Shown here piece by piece: positions 38,476 through 51,347 of a stretch of 64,000 nt of DNA. Below the pieces are notes generated by a model. It worked only from the letters and a program-made list of their open reading frames with translations, was not told the origin of the DNA and did not search any database. This stretch comes from Okamejei kenojei (Eukaryota), in NCBI GenBank assembly GCA_035221665.1, contig CM069137.1, positions 75,144,001 through 75,208,000 on the forward strand, in the 5' to 3' direction. Made by a program: the position numbers and the translations under genes. Each line of letters begins with the position of its first letter. Within the stretch, counting starts at the first letter, position 1.

Positions 38476-41423
38476 AGCCACGTAATTTACACAAAGTATC
38501 TGCCTCAATGTACTGGAATCACTTAGCACATGCCAATGTTTTTCACATTTATTGTATAGCTGCCAAAGGGTGAAGCGTTTGTATATATTGGTTTGAAATG
38601 ATTTTAAATGCTCTAGTTATTCAATTGGGCACCATGAGGTTTGCTCAGTATTTTCACTTTGATCTGCAATGTACATCAACATGTACTATTACAAGTTAGG
38701 AGCAATTGTGAAATCATATATATATAACTCTACTTGTGATAGTAAAACGTTCTTTACTCGTTTACACAAGCAGCAGGTCAGCTGTTGTAAGTGAAGTCTG
38801 ACCGTGTGAGGCTGCTACAGATTTACTGGTTTACTCCTCTATATACTGACTTGCTGAGATTGTCACTTTTGTGAAGTAAATTGTTTACATGTATGTTTTT
38901 TATTGATTTATGTGTGATGACAATGAGAATGTAACCTAGCATGTTGGACACAGCTCCTCAATTAATGGAATTTGCACAATTTATGCCTCAGGTTAAAAGG
39001 TGTGGTTGCTGCTATGTAACACTGTGCCTATCTACAATTCCTTCTCGAGTGAATATACTACATAGCCACTCTACCTCGGTTACACCACTGTAAATTAAAA
39101 AAAGGTGAAGATCAGGTTGTATTCTGCTTTATTATGTGCAACGACTTAAAATGCCTGTAATTTTTAATCTGTGATAAGTAATAATTTGTCAGCTTTAGTA
39201 ATTGTTATTGTACAAAACAATAACCAGAGCTAAGAACATTAAAAACAACATGAGCTTGGAAAACAATGTGCTTGAAATAAAATATTCCAAATTGTAAACT
39301 AACGGGTGCAGTCATCTCAATTAATTCTCTCCATGTATTGTACTCCTTTGGAGCAAATGGACAGAGAATGTGTTTTCTTTGATCTGAATGTACTTCAAGG
39401 AAGAAAACCTCCAGCGGTTCAATGCATAACTCAACTGTTTAACGCACTGCCAACTAGAATAATAAAGAGGTCTGCAACTTGTAGGTGATATATGGATAGC
39501 CTCCATAAATTGGAATGACTGCCATTTTACATTTTATTGTCATTGATACCCTAGTGTTTGTGCAGTCAAAATATTTGATGGATATAGAGCATTCTCTTTC
39601 TGTACCAAGGGAGGGAAAGGAAGCAAGCTTCCGCATTATTAGCAAAATATAATGGATAGAACATCTTTGCTCAGCAAAAGTCTACCCAATGATCAATATA
39701 TTAAAAGAGAGAGAACATTCAACGACTTCCTGTTCAATTTCACAAAAGACGTTTGCTTGTTTATTAACTTTTTGTATCATGTGCTATTGGGCTAACTAGG
39801 ACTTGTCTTTATCATCCGATTATAGACATAAGCTTTCCATGGTTGCTTAGTGTCAGGAGAAAAAGTCAATTGGTGATGACAGCATCCATTTATTTTTCAA
39901 AAAAGATTAACTCAAGATAGTATAGAGGCTAAAATGTAATAATGAACAGTTTTGCTACTAAATAAGAAATGGCAGTTGTAAAATTTGACAAAAATTGCAC
40001 ACAATTTCTTAATTGATATTTCTCACATTTATTCTTGGACAGCTGTATTTGGATGACAACATATGCTGGCATCTTGCTGTTGATACGTTGTCATTCAGCG
40101 TTTATTCTGCAACTCTTAACTTCATTTAAAGCACAAACTATATAAGTAGCCAACTGAATCCATGTTGCAAATTATGGTTGATTTTATAGATGATGATGGT
40201 AATGATGACAATAAGAATTTTGAGCAGTTATTAACTAATCCTCAATATGCTTGGCATAACATTGACTGAGCATACAGAGTATCGATGCAAAACAAGTTGC
40301 GACAAGCAAAACAACTTTATTTTACACTACGCCTTCAGCTGGACCTCTGGACTCCGCCATATAGTACTTTTGAAATATAATCGATGACAAAGTATTTACA
40401 CTTCCGCGCATGTCAGTACCTTTCAAGGTGGCTTGTGATTAACGGTATATTCACTACGCCCAAAATCTTCATTTGGGTTAAGCTTGAAGGTGTATTTTAA
40501 ACACTTGGCTATTAAAAAAAAAAGACGCGTAAAACTGACCATTTTCAACATGAATTGCTTACACTATGATATTCCATTGGGTTTTAATTGTCTGATTTTC
40601 GGCATTATTCAAATGAGAAAATCGCAAATCAAAATGCCATTGTATGTTTAAAAGGTTTTGAATAAAGCCAGTAAACACGAAGAACGCAATCAACATGCCG
40701 ATATTTTACATCCAAATGTTTCGACCATTTGGTTTTGTCGGCTTAGTGTTAATTACAGTTCCACTGAAATAACATACAACAGTCTCCACGAAGCGGCATT
40801 TCAAAGAATGGCTGAAGCCGTAAATTTTACAATGACCTCCTTCGGAATCAATTCGGAGATCTTTGATATGAATTCCACGATCCTTTGATGATGACGTGTG
40901 GTTGTATTTTTCTGCGCCCAGGGAAATGCCTCATTCAGAACTTTATTGTACATCTTATTTATTTTATTTTTAGGCAACGACATTTGTTAGACCCAGACCG
41001 AGAGAGTGGTTTAAAAACGTGATACTTTTTGGAGAGCTTAAGTATGTGATGCTCGGCTACGCCTCGGGAGATGGCATATCCTGGTGCGATTGCATGTTAT
41101 AAACTTGCAGGTCTTTTGTTTTGTCCCTTGCCGTTCGGCGCCTATTGTTCGCTTTTATGTTATCATACCTCTGATCCCAGTCGTGATTACTCCCCAAAGC
41201 TCCCGAAGACGTGGGGGATGCGAGGGATTTTATTAGCACAATGCGAAAACTGTTCGTTACTGTGCCTTGTATTGTAAGGGCCACAATACTCGTTTGCACT
41301 TGTTTGATATCCCGTTTTACTCCTGCTCACAGCGGAAGAACTATTCAATATTTACTCTGGCTGAATGGGGTTGTGGAAGGGTGAACCATAGCAGGCATCC
41401 CACCGACCCCACCCCCAGAACCA

Positions 41424-41440
41424 GGTTCACTGAAAGTTCA
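41424..41440 (+). promoter_or_regulatory. DR5 RARE GGTTCA-ctgaa-AGTTCA ~3 kb 3' of HoxD1
   Basis: Perfect half-sites; nearly identical to the Hoxa1 3' RARE (CAGGTTCACCGAAAGTTCA). Confidence 0.82.
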
Positions 41441-41959
41441 CTGCGAAAAAAAACCACCAAATCGATCCTTAGTCTTCTTTGGTTCCCATTGTGATCACAA
41501 TCTCTGCCCTTTTTTTCTTTCAAAAATAAACAGCACGAAATATAATCGTGTATTTATCTAATCGAAAAAAAACGAGTTTAATATTCGGGAGCATCTTTAA
41601 ATTAAGGTGACGCGTACTTCTTATCTTTAAATAGACTCAAAAGGTCAGAGTTCACCGTGGCACTGCATAAATGAATATTTAACCTTACTTTATGGCTGAC
41701 GCACAATTAATATGCCGGCAATTCGCTGCGTTCGTGGAAAATGTCAAGGGCGTGTCAGCCATGGACTGTTCGCTGATGTCGATTAATTTTGAGCATTATA
41801 CCCCATATTAATAAAACATTTATCAAAATGACAGTACTCCATGCTGTACCTCTAAAACAACAAAAACAAACAGTATATTGAAAGTGTGATTTTCGCTGCT
41901 GGACATTGAGGTGCTGAGTCCGATGGGGTCACCCCTCAAAAAGGGAATGTATATCACCG

Positions 41960-42215
41960 GAGACAGACACAAAAAGCTGGAGTAACTCAGCGGGACAGGC
42001 AGCATCTCTGGAGAGAAGGAATGGTGATGTTTCGGGTCGAGTGACGTTCGGGTTCGATGACGTTCATATCACCCTATGGGCCACAAGCGTGGTCTGTCCA
42101 CAGATAGGTGCGAACACTCCCGAGTATGAAGAAGGGTTTCGACCCGAAAAATCACCTTTATTTTTCTCCAGATATGCTGCCTGACCCGCTTGGTTACTCC
42201 AGCACTTTTCTACAC
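41960..42215. mobile_element. Inverted pair of PLE-terminal-repeat-derived short elements
   Basis: Minus copy ~41960-42040 and plus copy ~42128-42215 of the same consensus. Confidence 0.8.
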
Positions 42216-42654
42216 CACTGAGTATGATATCACCGAATGCATGGACTGGGAATGTATGAAGAGGATTTTGCACAGTTTTTCTTTTGTATTTTTTCTAAAA
42301 TTTGGAATAAAGTTTGTTTTTTGGGGGGGATAGATAAAAAGATAAAAGATAGCAGTTGTTGCAACTGCTTCCTATCACCCAAAGATATGAAGAACGTGTT
42401 TCAGTCAGCGCTGCAGGGAAACCAATGTTTCTGCGAAATGTACTGCTGACAAAACTAATGCAATAAAGAAGCCCTTCGGCACCGACAGGATTGTCGCAGC
42501 GATGATAACATCATTCCGTGGCAGCCCTGCTCCTTCTTGTGTCGAGTTTATCACTTTGCCCTGGAAACATGTAATGAATATAAAGATGATCCGCAAATTC
42601 AACGTTCCACCCTTTGTCATTTCTGCCACCCACAGCACTAGGACAACTACATCT

Positions 42655-42681
42655 GATGATGATGATGATGATGATGATGAT
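42655..42681. repeat. (GAT)n microsatellite, likely tail of a minus-strand retroelement 3' end
   Basis: GAT x9 followed by ACTTTACTGTCATATGTACCTCGGTGCAGTGAAATG. Confidence 0.85.
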
Positions 42682-43890
42682 ACTTTACTGTCATATGTAC
42701 CTCGGTGCAGTGAAATGCTTTGCTTATTTCCTCTACCTTCGGTATCCCGAAGGGACCTTTCCCTCCACAGCAACGGAGTCCGTTCTTGGTGCACCTGGCG
42801 TTCCAGTGGCACTAACCCTTATATGCAGGAGATGGACACACCTGCCATCTTACATCTTGACTTTCCATCGTCAATGCTAAACATTACTGCAAAGTGATCA
42901 ACGTTTTCCCGCCGCTTGTAGCTCCTTCGATTTCGTGTTCCTTGATGTGCTCAGGAAGAATAAACATCGTGCAGCTTAGCGCAGACCCTTTGCTACAACA
43001 CCACACCAAGCTCTCTGTCCACAACCACGTGCACTGTTCCCACGAAACTGAATTTCAGTGCCATGAAATAATGCCGCAAGGAAACGGCCCCTTCGGTTCC
43101 TCGTGTCCGTGCAGGCCATCAAGTACCCGTCTACACTAATCCAATTATCCGGCGCTCGGCACATCGCCTTGTATGCTTTTATGCCACGGCATTTCCAGTG
43201 ATTATCTAAATATTCCGTGAATGCTATGAGACTATCTGCCCCCAACATTGTAACTCGCCCTACTCCCCCGCCTCGGGCACTGCATTCCAGATTTCGGTGA
43301 AAAGAAAACTTCATCTAAATCTCATCCCGACCTTAAACTTTTATCCCCCGATTTAAAGGGGGAGGGGGAGAGGCCTCATAATTTTAGGCGACCCAATTAT
43401 TTCTCCGCATAGCTTTCAACGCTGCAAGGGATATAAAACCCGCCAAATTAAATTCCCTTCAAAGTTGGAACCGTGCATCCCAGACGTAACTTCTTCAAGC
43501 ACAGCACCTCACCTTTCAATTAGGCACTTCTGCACTGTTCACTGAATGTAACCTTTCGGGTTAACAGCTGCATACATTGTTATTTAGCTAATAATAATTA
43601 GAGATGATTCCGCTTTCAATTCAACCTTTCGTCTCTTTAAGCTTTTCCTTTGACCGACCCTTTAAAAAAATGTTTGCCTTGGTGTCCCATCACACGCCTT
43701 CTCTTTATAATTTGTTTAATGTTATCCTTCTTAGCGTCCTCACTTGCTTAAAAGTTATTATATCTATTACAGACTCCAGTTCTTATGAAAGGCCAGTAAC
43801 CCAGTACATTAATTTTGTTTCCCCTTCCATGACACTGGCTGACCGCTTAACATTCAGAGCATTGTCTGTATTTGCGTTTTATAAACACAG

Positions 43891-44088
43891 CTAAAAATGA
43901 AAGCAATTTGTAGGAATGAACTGCAGGCTGGTTTACACCGTAGATAGACACTAATTTCTGGAGTAACAGCGGGGCAGGTGTCTGAAGAAGGGTCTCAACC
44001 CGAAACGTCACCCATTCCTTCTCTCCAGAGATGCTGCCTGTCTCGCTGAGATAGTCCAGCATGTTGTGTCTATCTAAAAATGAAAGCA
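43891..44088 (+). mobile_element. Hammerhead-bearing PLE-derived short element with inverted 5' part and 15-bp target-site duplication
   Basis: CTAAAAATGAAAGCA at 43891-43905 and 44074-44088; inverted tail ~43911-43977; intact core CTGAAGA-A-GGGT-CTCA-ACCC-GAAAC-GTC at 43982-44009. Confidence 0.85.
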
Positions 44089-44808
44089 TTTGCTTGTTCT
44101 GGTAGCACCCCATAACTCTTACTCCGAGAACGAAGACTCAGATCTTCTTGAGTGCATGTTGTTTAAACATGCAAATTATCCATGTGACACTTCTAGGCGA
44201 ATAACTCTCGCCATCGGCTTGGCCTGATATTTATCTGAGTATAATTATTTGATTAAGGCGCTCCATGAATAATTATTTATTTAACTGTTGCTCCTTCACG
44301 GACTTATTTCACTCACTGTTACTTTTACAGGAACGACATGAAAGTCAACATTGATACAGGAAATAAATCCTAAACACAGTTCCAAAATGTTATATGTAGG
44401 AAGGAACTGCAGATGCTGATTATATATTTAAATGTAAATAGTTTAGAAGTTATTTGACATTGATACTTCTTGACCTGGTAAGAGGCAAGCCTAGTAAATA
44501 CAGCATTGCATATCCATTACTCCATGTGTATGGCCTGCTGTTCTTAATGGAGCGATGTAACATTAATTATTCGAGCAGTCTTACTGCGTACATATTGAAC
44601 CTGTGCGACAGGAATCGTGGTAACATTGTCGTACAACTGCGAAGAGACGATTATAAACTGTATCTTCTGCATGGTTCCTTCGTTAAAGATGCTTGATGTT
44701 ATTGAGATCTGGAAAACAAGTCGCGCAATCTTGGATACATTTGCGTTGAAATTAAGATTAGTTAAGAAACAATAGTTTCTTAGGAAATAATTTAAATTTA
44801 TATCTTAT

Positions 44809-44885
44809 GTTTTGTTTGCTCGTTGCATTATATTTTGTTTGCTCATTGCATTATATTTTGTTTGCTCATTGCTCATTATTTTGTA
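44809..44885. repeat. Minisatellite, ~23-bp unit x3 (TATTTTGTTTGCTCATTGCATTA)
   Basis: Tandem copies read directly. Confidence 0.85.
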
Positions 44886-45059
44886 ATATTGCATTTGAAA
44901 TTTGAAATCTTTTCGCGTAAAATCTTCAAGCCATGTTTAGATATGGGCGATCATTAGAGATCTGGCAATTACAATTGAAAAAAATAACTTAATATAGGTA
45001 TGACCATTCCCTTTAGCGGGACAAGTTGCGAAGCGTTTGCGTAAAGATATACACATGAA

Positions 45060-45127
45060 GCTGGAGTAACAGTGGGACAGGCAGCATCTCTGGAGAGAAG
45101 GATGGGTGACGTTTCGGGTCGAGACCC
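45060..45127 (-). mobile_element. Truncated PLE-terminal-repeat-derived element
   Basis: GCTGGAGTAAC..GGGACAGGCAGCATCTCTGGAGAGAAGG..GGGTGACGTTTCGGGTCGAGACCC. Confidence 0.85.
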
Positions 45128-47420
45128 AGTGGTTATGTATTTAGCTACGCGTGTTCCTTTTATCCTTCGGAGCATAGTTAAGTACAAATGCACGTGACAC
45201 ATTACTGGTTGCAAGAAAAACCGTTGATTGTACTCGGGTCCAAGCGAAGAGCATCATTTTTTTCCCTTTTCTAAAGTGTTTCGGAAACAAAAACCACCGC
45301 CAATAATTGCAGTCGATTGTGGAAAGCAGCCAGAAAGGCCCAACCTTCATCGGTTACACGCTGCTTAGGAGCAAACGAATAAAAATACAATTGTCAATGT
45401 CTGTTTTAAGTTTTAGTTAAAATTATGAACAGGTTTGGACAAAAAAGACCTCTATCTTTGCATTGCTATTTTGCTAAGACACCACGAAGGAGGATCAGAC
45501 AAATACAAACTAATCAATTCGCTTTTGTACTTGGTTAAAAACTGATCATTGTGGATTAACTGAGTCAATATGTAAACACAACATATATAATAACACTTTT
45601 AATTGATGAATATCATAACATATGTATCATAAGACTTGTTAGTATAGTAACAGTGCTGGAAACTAATTTAAAATTGTAACAGTGCAACTGTCAAATTTTG
45701 TGTAACGATACCTAGTAAGTAATATTGCCTGATTTCCACGTGGAAATATTATACCGAATCTGATACTGAGTTATCCAAATTGAATTGCTTCAGTGTGATT
45801 ATTCCATTTGATTACCTTACAATATTCATAGCAGTTAAATACAAAGCGACGTTCCACACTTCCATGCTTGTTATTCTAAAGAGCATGTCAATTTTCGATG
45901 TCTCCTAAATTCATTAGTGTAAATCTAATGATTGATAAGTTTGAAATAGACAACGAAATGGGAAAACTCGCTGTATATATCCTTGGCTCCCAGCCAATGT
46001 ATATATGTGAATCGTGATCCGACGAAACCTACAGAAAAAATAATACAATAGATTTGCAGTAGAAATGGCGGCTATGTAATCGCGAATCCCAGTGCACTAT
46101 GAAGAAGATTTTGCAATCAATACATTTCATATTGTCTTGAACAATTGTTTATTTGGGGAATCGAAAGCATCAACATTATTCGGAGCAAAGAAGACTGAAG
46201 ATTCATTCTACTTGTCATTTTATAGTAGGATTTAAATCACCTTTCCCTTTCTTTTGTACGCAAGAGGATTTCATGTTTGAGTAAATATATTTCCCTGGAA
46301 TATCGATCTACAAATAACCAGGAAACCAGAATTTATACTTATTTGACTCGACAGCTATTAAAATTGGTCCACAAATTATTTTGAATTATGTTGCCTGCCA
46401 TTAACGTGGTGCAATACCAAACACTATCAAACTATGTCGGGGAAGCCTATATTTGGCGAGAATGTAATCGAGCTGTCTTTTCTGAGGCATGGTTAGCACT
46501 TACTAGTTAAATAGGCAAGATGCATTAGCCATCAATTCTCATTTCACTTCTCATCTATTCTCTGAGAACAGTAATATTTTTGGGTAGAAGAGGACTGGTT
46601 AACGCACTTGGCTAGAGACCGACCGACCTCTGACAGTCTTGTTGAAATTCAGTGCTGACAGAATAAATGAATTTGTCAGTGTCAGCGCCCGAAGTGAGTT
46701 TGGTCAGTCTGCATCTAGTAACTAGTTAACGTGGGCCTGCGGCACCGATCTCTCCAGTTCGGTACGAATTGACAGCTTCTCTCGGAGAAGCCACATATCT
46801 GGTGTGGTACATTAGAAATCAAATCACGTCAGCGTAACAGCGCACGATGTTAGGACCAAATAGAACTGAGCTTTCTACACGACCTGGAAGTGGTTGATGG
46901 TGACACCGGACGCCTGAAGTGAAATCAATTCAATATCCCAGCAATGAGGCGCAATTCCAAGATCCTATTGATATCTGCGTTTGTTAATGGCTAAAATTAA
47001 TGTAATTTTTCAGAGCTTACATTTTATTTATTGATGTAAATACGCGTTTTTTTTACACTGTTCATCAAATATGAGTGTTCCAATTATAAGGTATAATATG
47101 AACACCACTTTTTTTTAAAATTATTATCGCCAACGAATCCTTTTAGAATTCTCCAAATCGGTCCCAGATATTAATTATAATTTCTTTATAATGGTCCTAA
47201 CTACTATTTCATTTTAGGTCCACGATGAATCAAAAGTTTGGTGAAATGTACGAATTGTAAGATGGTTCATGGAAATTATAGAATGAAATAATGATGTGTG
47301 TTACAGACTAGCAAATGCGTGTATTCGTGGTTGAGTAGGTTATTATTGCGAGTAGGTTGTCCAAGTTAAATTGTTAGTTCTACAATGAATCATTTTTACA
47401 TCAGAGCTTCACGAATTTGA

Positions 47421-47637
47421 AGATAGGCACAACGTGCTGGAGTAACTCAGCGGGTCAGATAGCATCTCTGGAGAGAATGAATGGGTGACGTTTCGGGTCG
47501 AGACCCTACTTCAGACTCTCTGCCGCGACCCCCCCCCCCCCCTACCCCCACCCCCAACCCCTCCGTTTTCTTTTCTCAATCATGAGAGCTCTTCCACAAA
47601 AAAATGCAGCTGGGGCTGTCGTGACTGAATTCTATCT

Positions 47638-47671
<34 letters not shown>

Positions 47672-48070
47672 ATAAAGGACGCCTGTGGTCATGTAATGGT
47701 CGTAATAGTTTTGAGTAGTGGGTCTGTCAACTGTTTGGACACAAAGTGCGAGGGTAACTCAGCGGGTTTGGCACAATCTCTGGAAAAAAAAAAGAATGGG
47801 TGATGCTTCGGTTCGGGACCCATCTTCAAAACCGAAACGTCACCCGTCCTTTTTCTCCAGAGATGTTGCCTGACTCGCTGAGTTACTCCAACACTTCGTG
47901 TCTACCTTTGGTATGAACCAGGATCTGCAGGGTTTTTTTTTCCTACAGCTTATCAATTGTTTGATTCTATCTTGCAAAAGATAGATGCAAAATATTGGAG
48001 TAACTCAGCGGGTCAGACAGCATCTCTCGAGAAAAGGAATAGGTGACGTTTCGTGTCGAGACCCTTCTTA
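47421..48070. mobile_element. Cluster of PLE-terminal-repeat-derived elements (minus 47421-47517; inverted dimer 47738-47930; minus 47980-48070)
   Basis: Four recognisable copies of the same ~90-130 bp consensus. Confidence 0.85.
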
Positions 48071-49489
48071 CAATCTTCGTTAAAAATAAATTATAAGTCG
48101 CTGTTAATTCCCGATGATTGATTTGTTACAACATCTGAGAGGAGGGCCAATCAGCGACGTCGCTCTACCAGAGCAATTTTCGGGGTCCACCTCGTTGTCT
48201 TGTAAAGTTTTCTGCAGTTTTCTGTCTAATTCCCCCCTGAAGGATTAAAGTGGAAACAATCAGATCTGCAGGAAACGCATTGTCGTTTCCAATCTCACGC
48301 GGCTTAACCCCCCGCCCCCCATTTCGCATATAACTAAAAATTATCGACCACTTTATTTCCCCACCAACGGGAAAGCCTCTGCAGACCTTTCTTCATACGG
48401 TACACATCTAAATCATCTCCCCACAGACAACTTTCCTGAGGGAATAGTCACAGGCTCTCTGATCTATCCTTGTAACATCCCTTCGTTCCAGGAATCTTTC
48501 TCAAAACTTTTCTGGACGTTTGTTAAGCTTTCACATATTTCCAATTGGAAGTTATCGTTAACATTGCTGTCTTCAGCATCTTTCCAAGAACATTCTGGAC
48601 GTAATGAGGGGTGCAGAGTAATTCTCTATGGAGGACTAGCGCGCATTATAGGTTGCAGAAGTGAAGGGCGAAGGATTACTCGTCGTGCATTCGATTGGTT
48701 AAAAGATGAGGAGGCACGTTCAATGCAGAAAGAGGACTTCTCTCGCACATTTAAAACACAATTTTGGCGCATTTAATTATTAAACGTTAAGCGTCAGAAT
48801 TAAAACATATATTTCAGAGAAGTGGCAGAAAAAGCGAAATAAACAAGGTCGGGCTATTATTTCTCGAATCCACAATGGGCAAATTCGCTATTGACGATAT
48901 CACATTGAACGGGGAATATATATCATTCGGCTGAAAAACATTTAAACTGTACGAGGGCAGTAAAATACTTTGCATAGATGCACATTGATGGTTCTTTTTC
49001 AATATTCCGTATTAGATTGGAAACTGAAAAAAAAAAAGTATAGGTAAATGGGTTATATTAATTTGCAATTACTATTTCAAATAGGCCATTCATTATGTAG
49101 AAACCCTTTTTCCAGAACATTTTCCGTGTCATTCATCCTGAATAGGACAGGTTTGATGGACCGCAGTATCTTTTCCTATCTACTGCTGATGAAAACCCGT
49201 CTCTAAAGGTTTGATATTAATTTGCTCTCTTTAGATTATTCACTTCAATTGCGGTGTATACTTGAGGTTTGGCAAATGGACGTCTTGGCTCTCCGAAAAC
49301 AAAACCGACGCACATTTATTTTTATCGCATCCATAGCATTTACCATCCGTGTCTGTAGTAATTAAACAACGTCGGTCCCATGAACTGCTCACTCCCACGA
49401 AAACTAGATCACTTTCCAATTGTGCGGAATCGAATTTTAAACCTCGCGAGTCGAGTTACAATCAGCTTCGATAATCAGAGCAAGTAAAA

Positions 49490-50380
49490 CGGCCATTCAG
49501 CCCAAGTCATCCATGCCGGTGAAGAAGCCCTATCTAAGCTGGTCCCATTTGCCCCCAGTTGGCCCATATCCCTCTAAACCTTTCATATACATGTACCTGT
49601 CCAAATGTATTTTAAATGTTGTACCTTCCTCAACTACCTCCTCTGGCAGCTTGCCCTTCAGGTTCCCATTCAATCTTTTCACTCTCACTTTAAACCTATA
49701 TCCTCTGGTACCTGATGCCCCTACCCTGGGTAAAAGACCCTCATGATCTTATACCGCATTCGCTCTATTAATCACCCTCACACTTTTACACACCTCTATC
49801 AGATCACCCCTTAACCTCCTGCACTCCAAGGAAGAAAGACCCAGCTTTCCTAATCTCTCCCTATAGCCCAGATTTGTATACATTGGGTATGCAAGCAAAG
49901 AATTTCACTGTGCCTAGTCACATGTGACAATAAAGTATTCCATTCCATTCCATCATTGAAACCTGGTAACATCCTCATAAATCTTCTTTATACTCTTTCC
50001 AGCTTAATGACATCTTTCCTATTTCAAGGTGACCAAAAATGAAGACAATACTACAAATGTAGTCTCACCAACGTCTTGCAAAACTATAATATAACGCCCC
50101 AACTTTCTAGGCAGAAAGTTGAAAGGAAATTTGCCAGGCATGATTTTCACACAGAGAGTGTTAGGTTCCTGGAATGCACGGCTGGGGTGGTTCCACACTG
50201 CACCTGGAAGCAGATACACAAGCAATGTTCAATTGGTATTTAGAGAGGAACGTGAAGTGTCAGGGAATGTAGGGTTAGAAACCATATGCAGGATTATGTG
50301 GTTAATTTAAATTGGCATGATGGTCATCACAGCCATCCTGGGCTGAAGAGCCTGTCCTGGTTTGCACTGTTCTATGTTCA
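49490..50380. mobile_element. Degenerate CR1 LINE 3' fragments (minus ~49490-50105; plus ~50115-50380) with a nested retroelement tail at ~49880-49950
   Basis: GGCCATTCAGCCC..., TTTTCACACAGAGAGTG (FTQRV) and GGGCTGAAGAGCCTGT CR1-end motifs. Confidence 0.7.
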
Positions 50381-51049
50381 CTGTAAGAAATATATGGTCG
50401 CATTTTTATTTGTAACTCTATTTATTAAACACAACTGGTGTATTTCTTCCCATTCCAGTAGCGGATATAAGCTAATTTGGAGTTGTGTATGTTATAAGGT
50501 TAGAAATAGTAAGATCTACTTGAGTCTTGAAAATATATTTGAGTATGCCCCAGCATATCCATAACAGTTAAGAGAAATAGGAAGGGCATGAAAGAAGAGC
50601 ATCAAGATACCCGAAATTGAGTTGTCAACTTAATGAATTTGCAATAAGAAATTATCTGCCCTTTGAACAGTGGTGAACATGCAAACCCACCCAACAATTC
50701 ACTGATCAGATCAAAGTTCTGCACTTGTCACTAATTATGAATAGTAAAAACCATCCATAGGAAAAGAATGCTCCCTGAGTATCCCCATCTTCAAAGAAAA
50801 GGCTGAAGAACCATGTTCAACCAGAAGTGCTGACTGAATGATCCATCTCAGCTTCCTCCTGACATACCTAGGTTCACACAAATCTGTTTGCAGAGTATTA
50901 TCATCGAGAAATTACTGAGAACAGAAGGTACAAGAAAGGCAATGGGACCCAACATCATCTCAACTGAACTGCAAGACCTACAATGCAGAACCAACCATAC
51001 TTCTAGGCAATTTGTTCCACTGCAACCACGTTCTGGAATCTACATACAA

Positions 51050-51347
51050 AGATTGGGGTGGCAGTAGAACAGCACCAGAGACTCGGGTTCGATCCCGACT
51101 ATGGGTGCTGTTTGTGCAAGGCTTGTACATTTTTCCTGTGACCACATGGGTTCTCTCTGGGTGTTTTTGTTTATGTCCACATTCCAAAGACATGAAGGTT
51201 TGCAGGTTAATTGGCTTTAGTAAAAATTGTAAATTGTCTCTAGTGTGTAGGATTGTGCTATTGTATAGGGTGATCGCTAGTCTGCATGGACTCGGTGGGC
51301 CGAAGGCCCTGTTTCCGCGCAGTATCTCCAAAGATTAAAGTCTAAAT
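51050..51347 (+). mobile_element. tRNA-derived V-SINE (HE1-like elasmobranch SINE)
   Basis: Pol III B-box GGTTCGATCC 51086-51095, V-domain-like ...GGGTT..CTGGGTG...CCACATTCCAAAGAC, CR1-like 3' end GTGGGCCGAAGGCCCTGTTTCC and short tandem tail. Confidence 0.85.

Noticed and set aside
41960-48070. CRISPR-like array from the recurring GTTTCGGGTCGAGACCC repeat
   Set aside because: Copies are dispersed, in both orientations, without regular spacers or cas genes; eukaryotic retroelement origin.
49186-49220. Hammerhead-like CTGATGA-AAACC..GGTTT-GATA
   Set aside because: GATA instead of GAAA, no convincing stems I or III, and no similarity to the repeat family; likely chance.
51086-51095. tRNA gene
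   Set aside because: The B-box belongs to a tRNA-derived SINE head; no cloverleaf.
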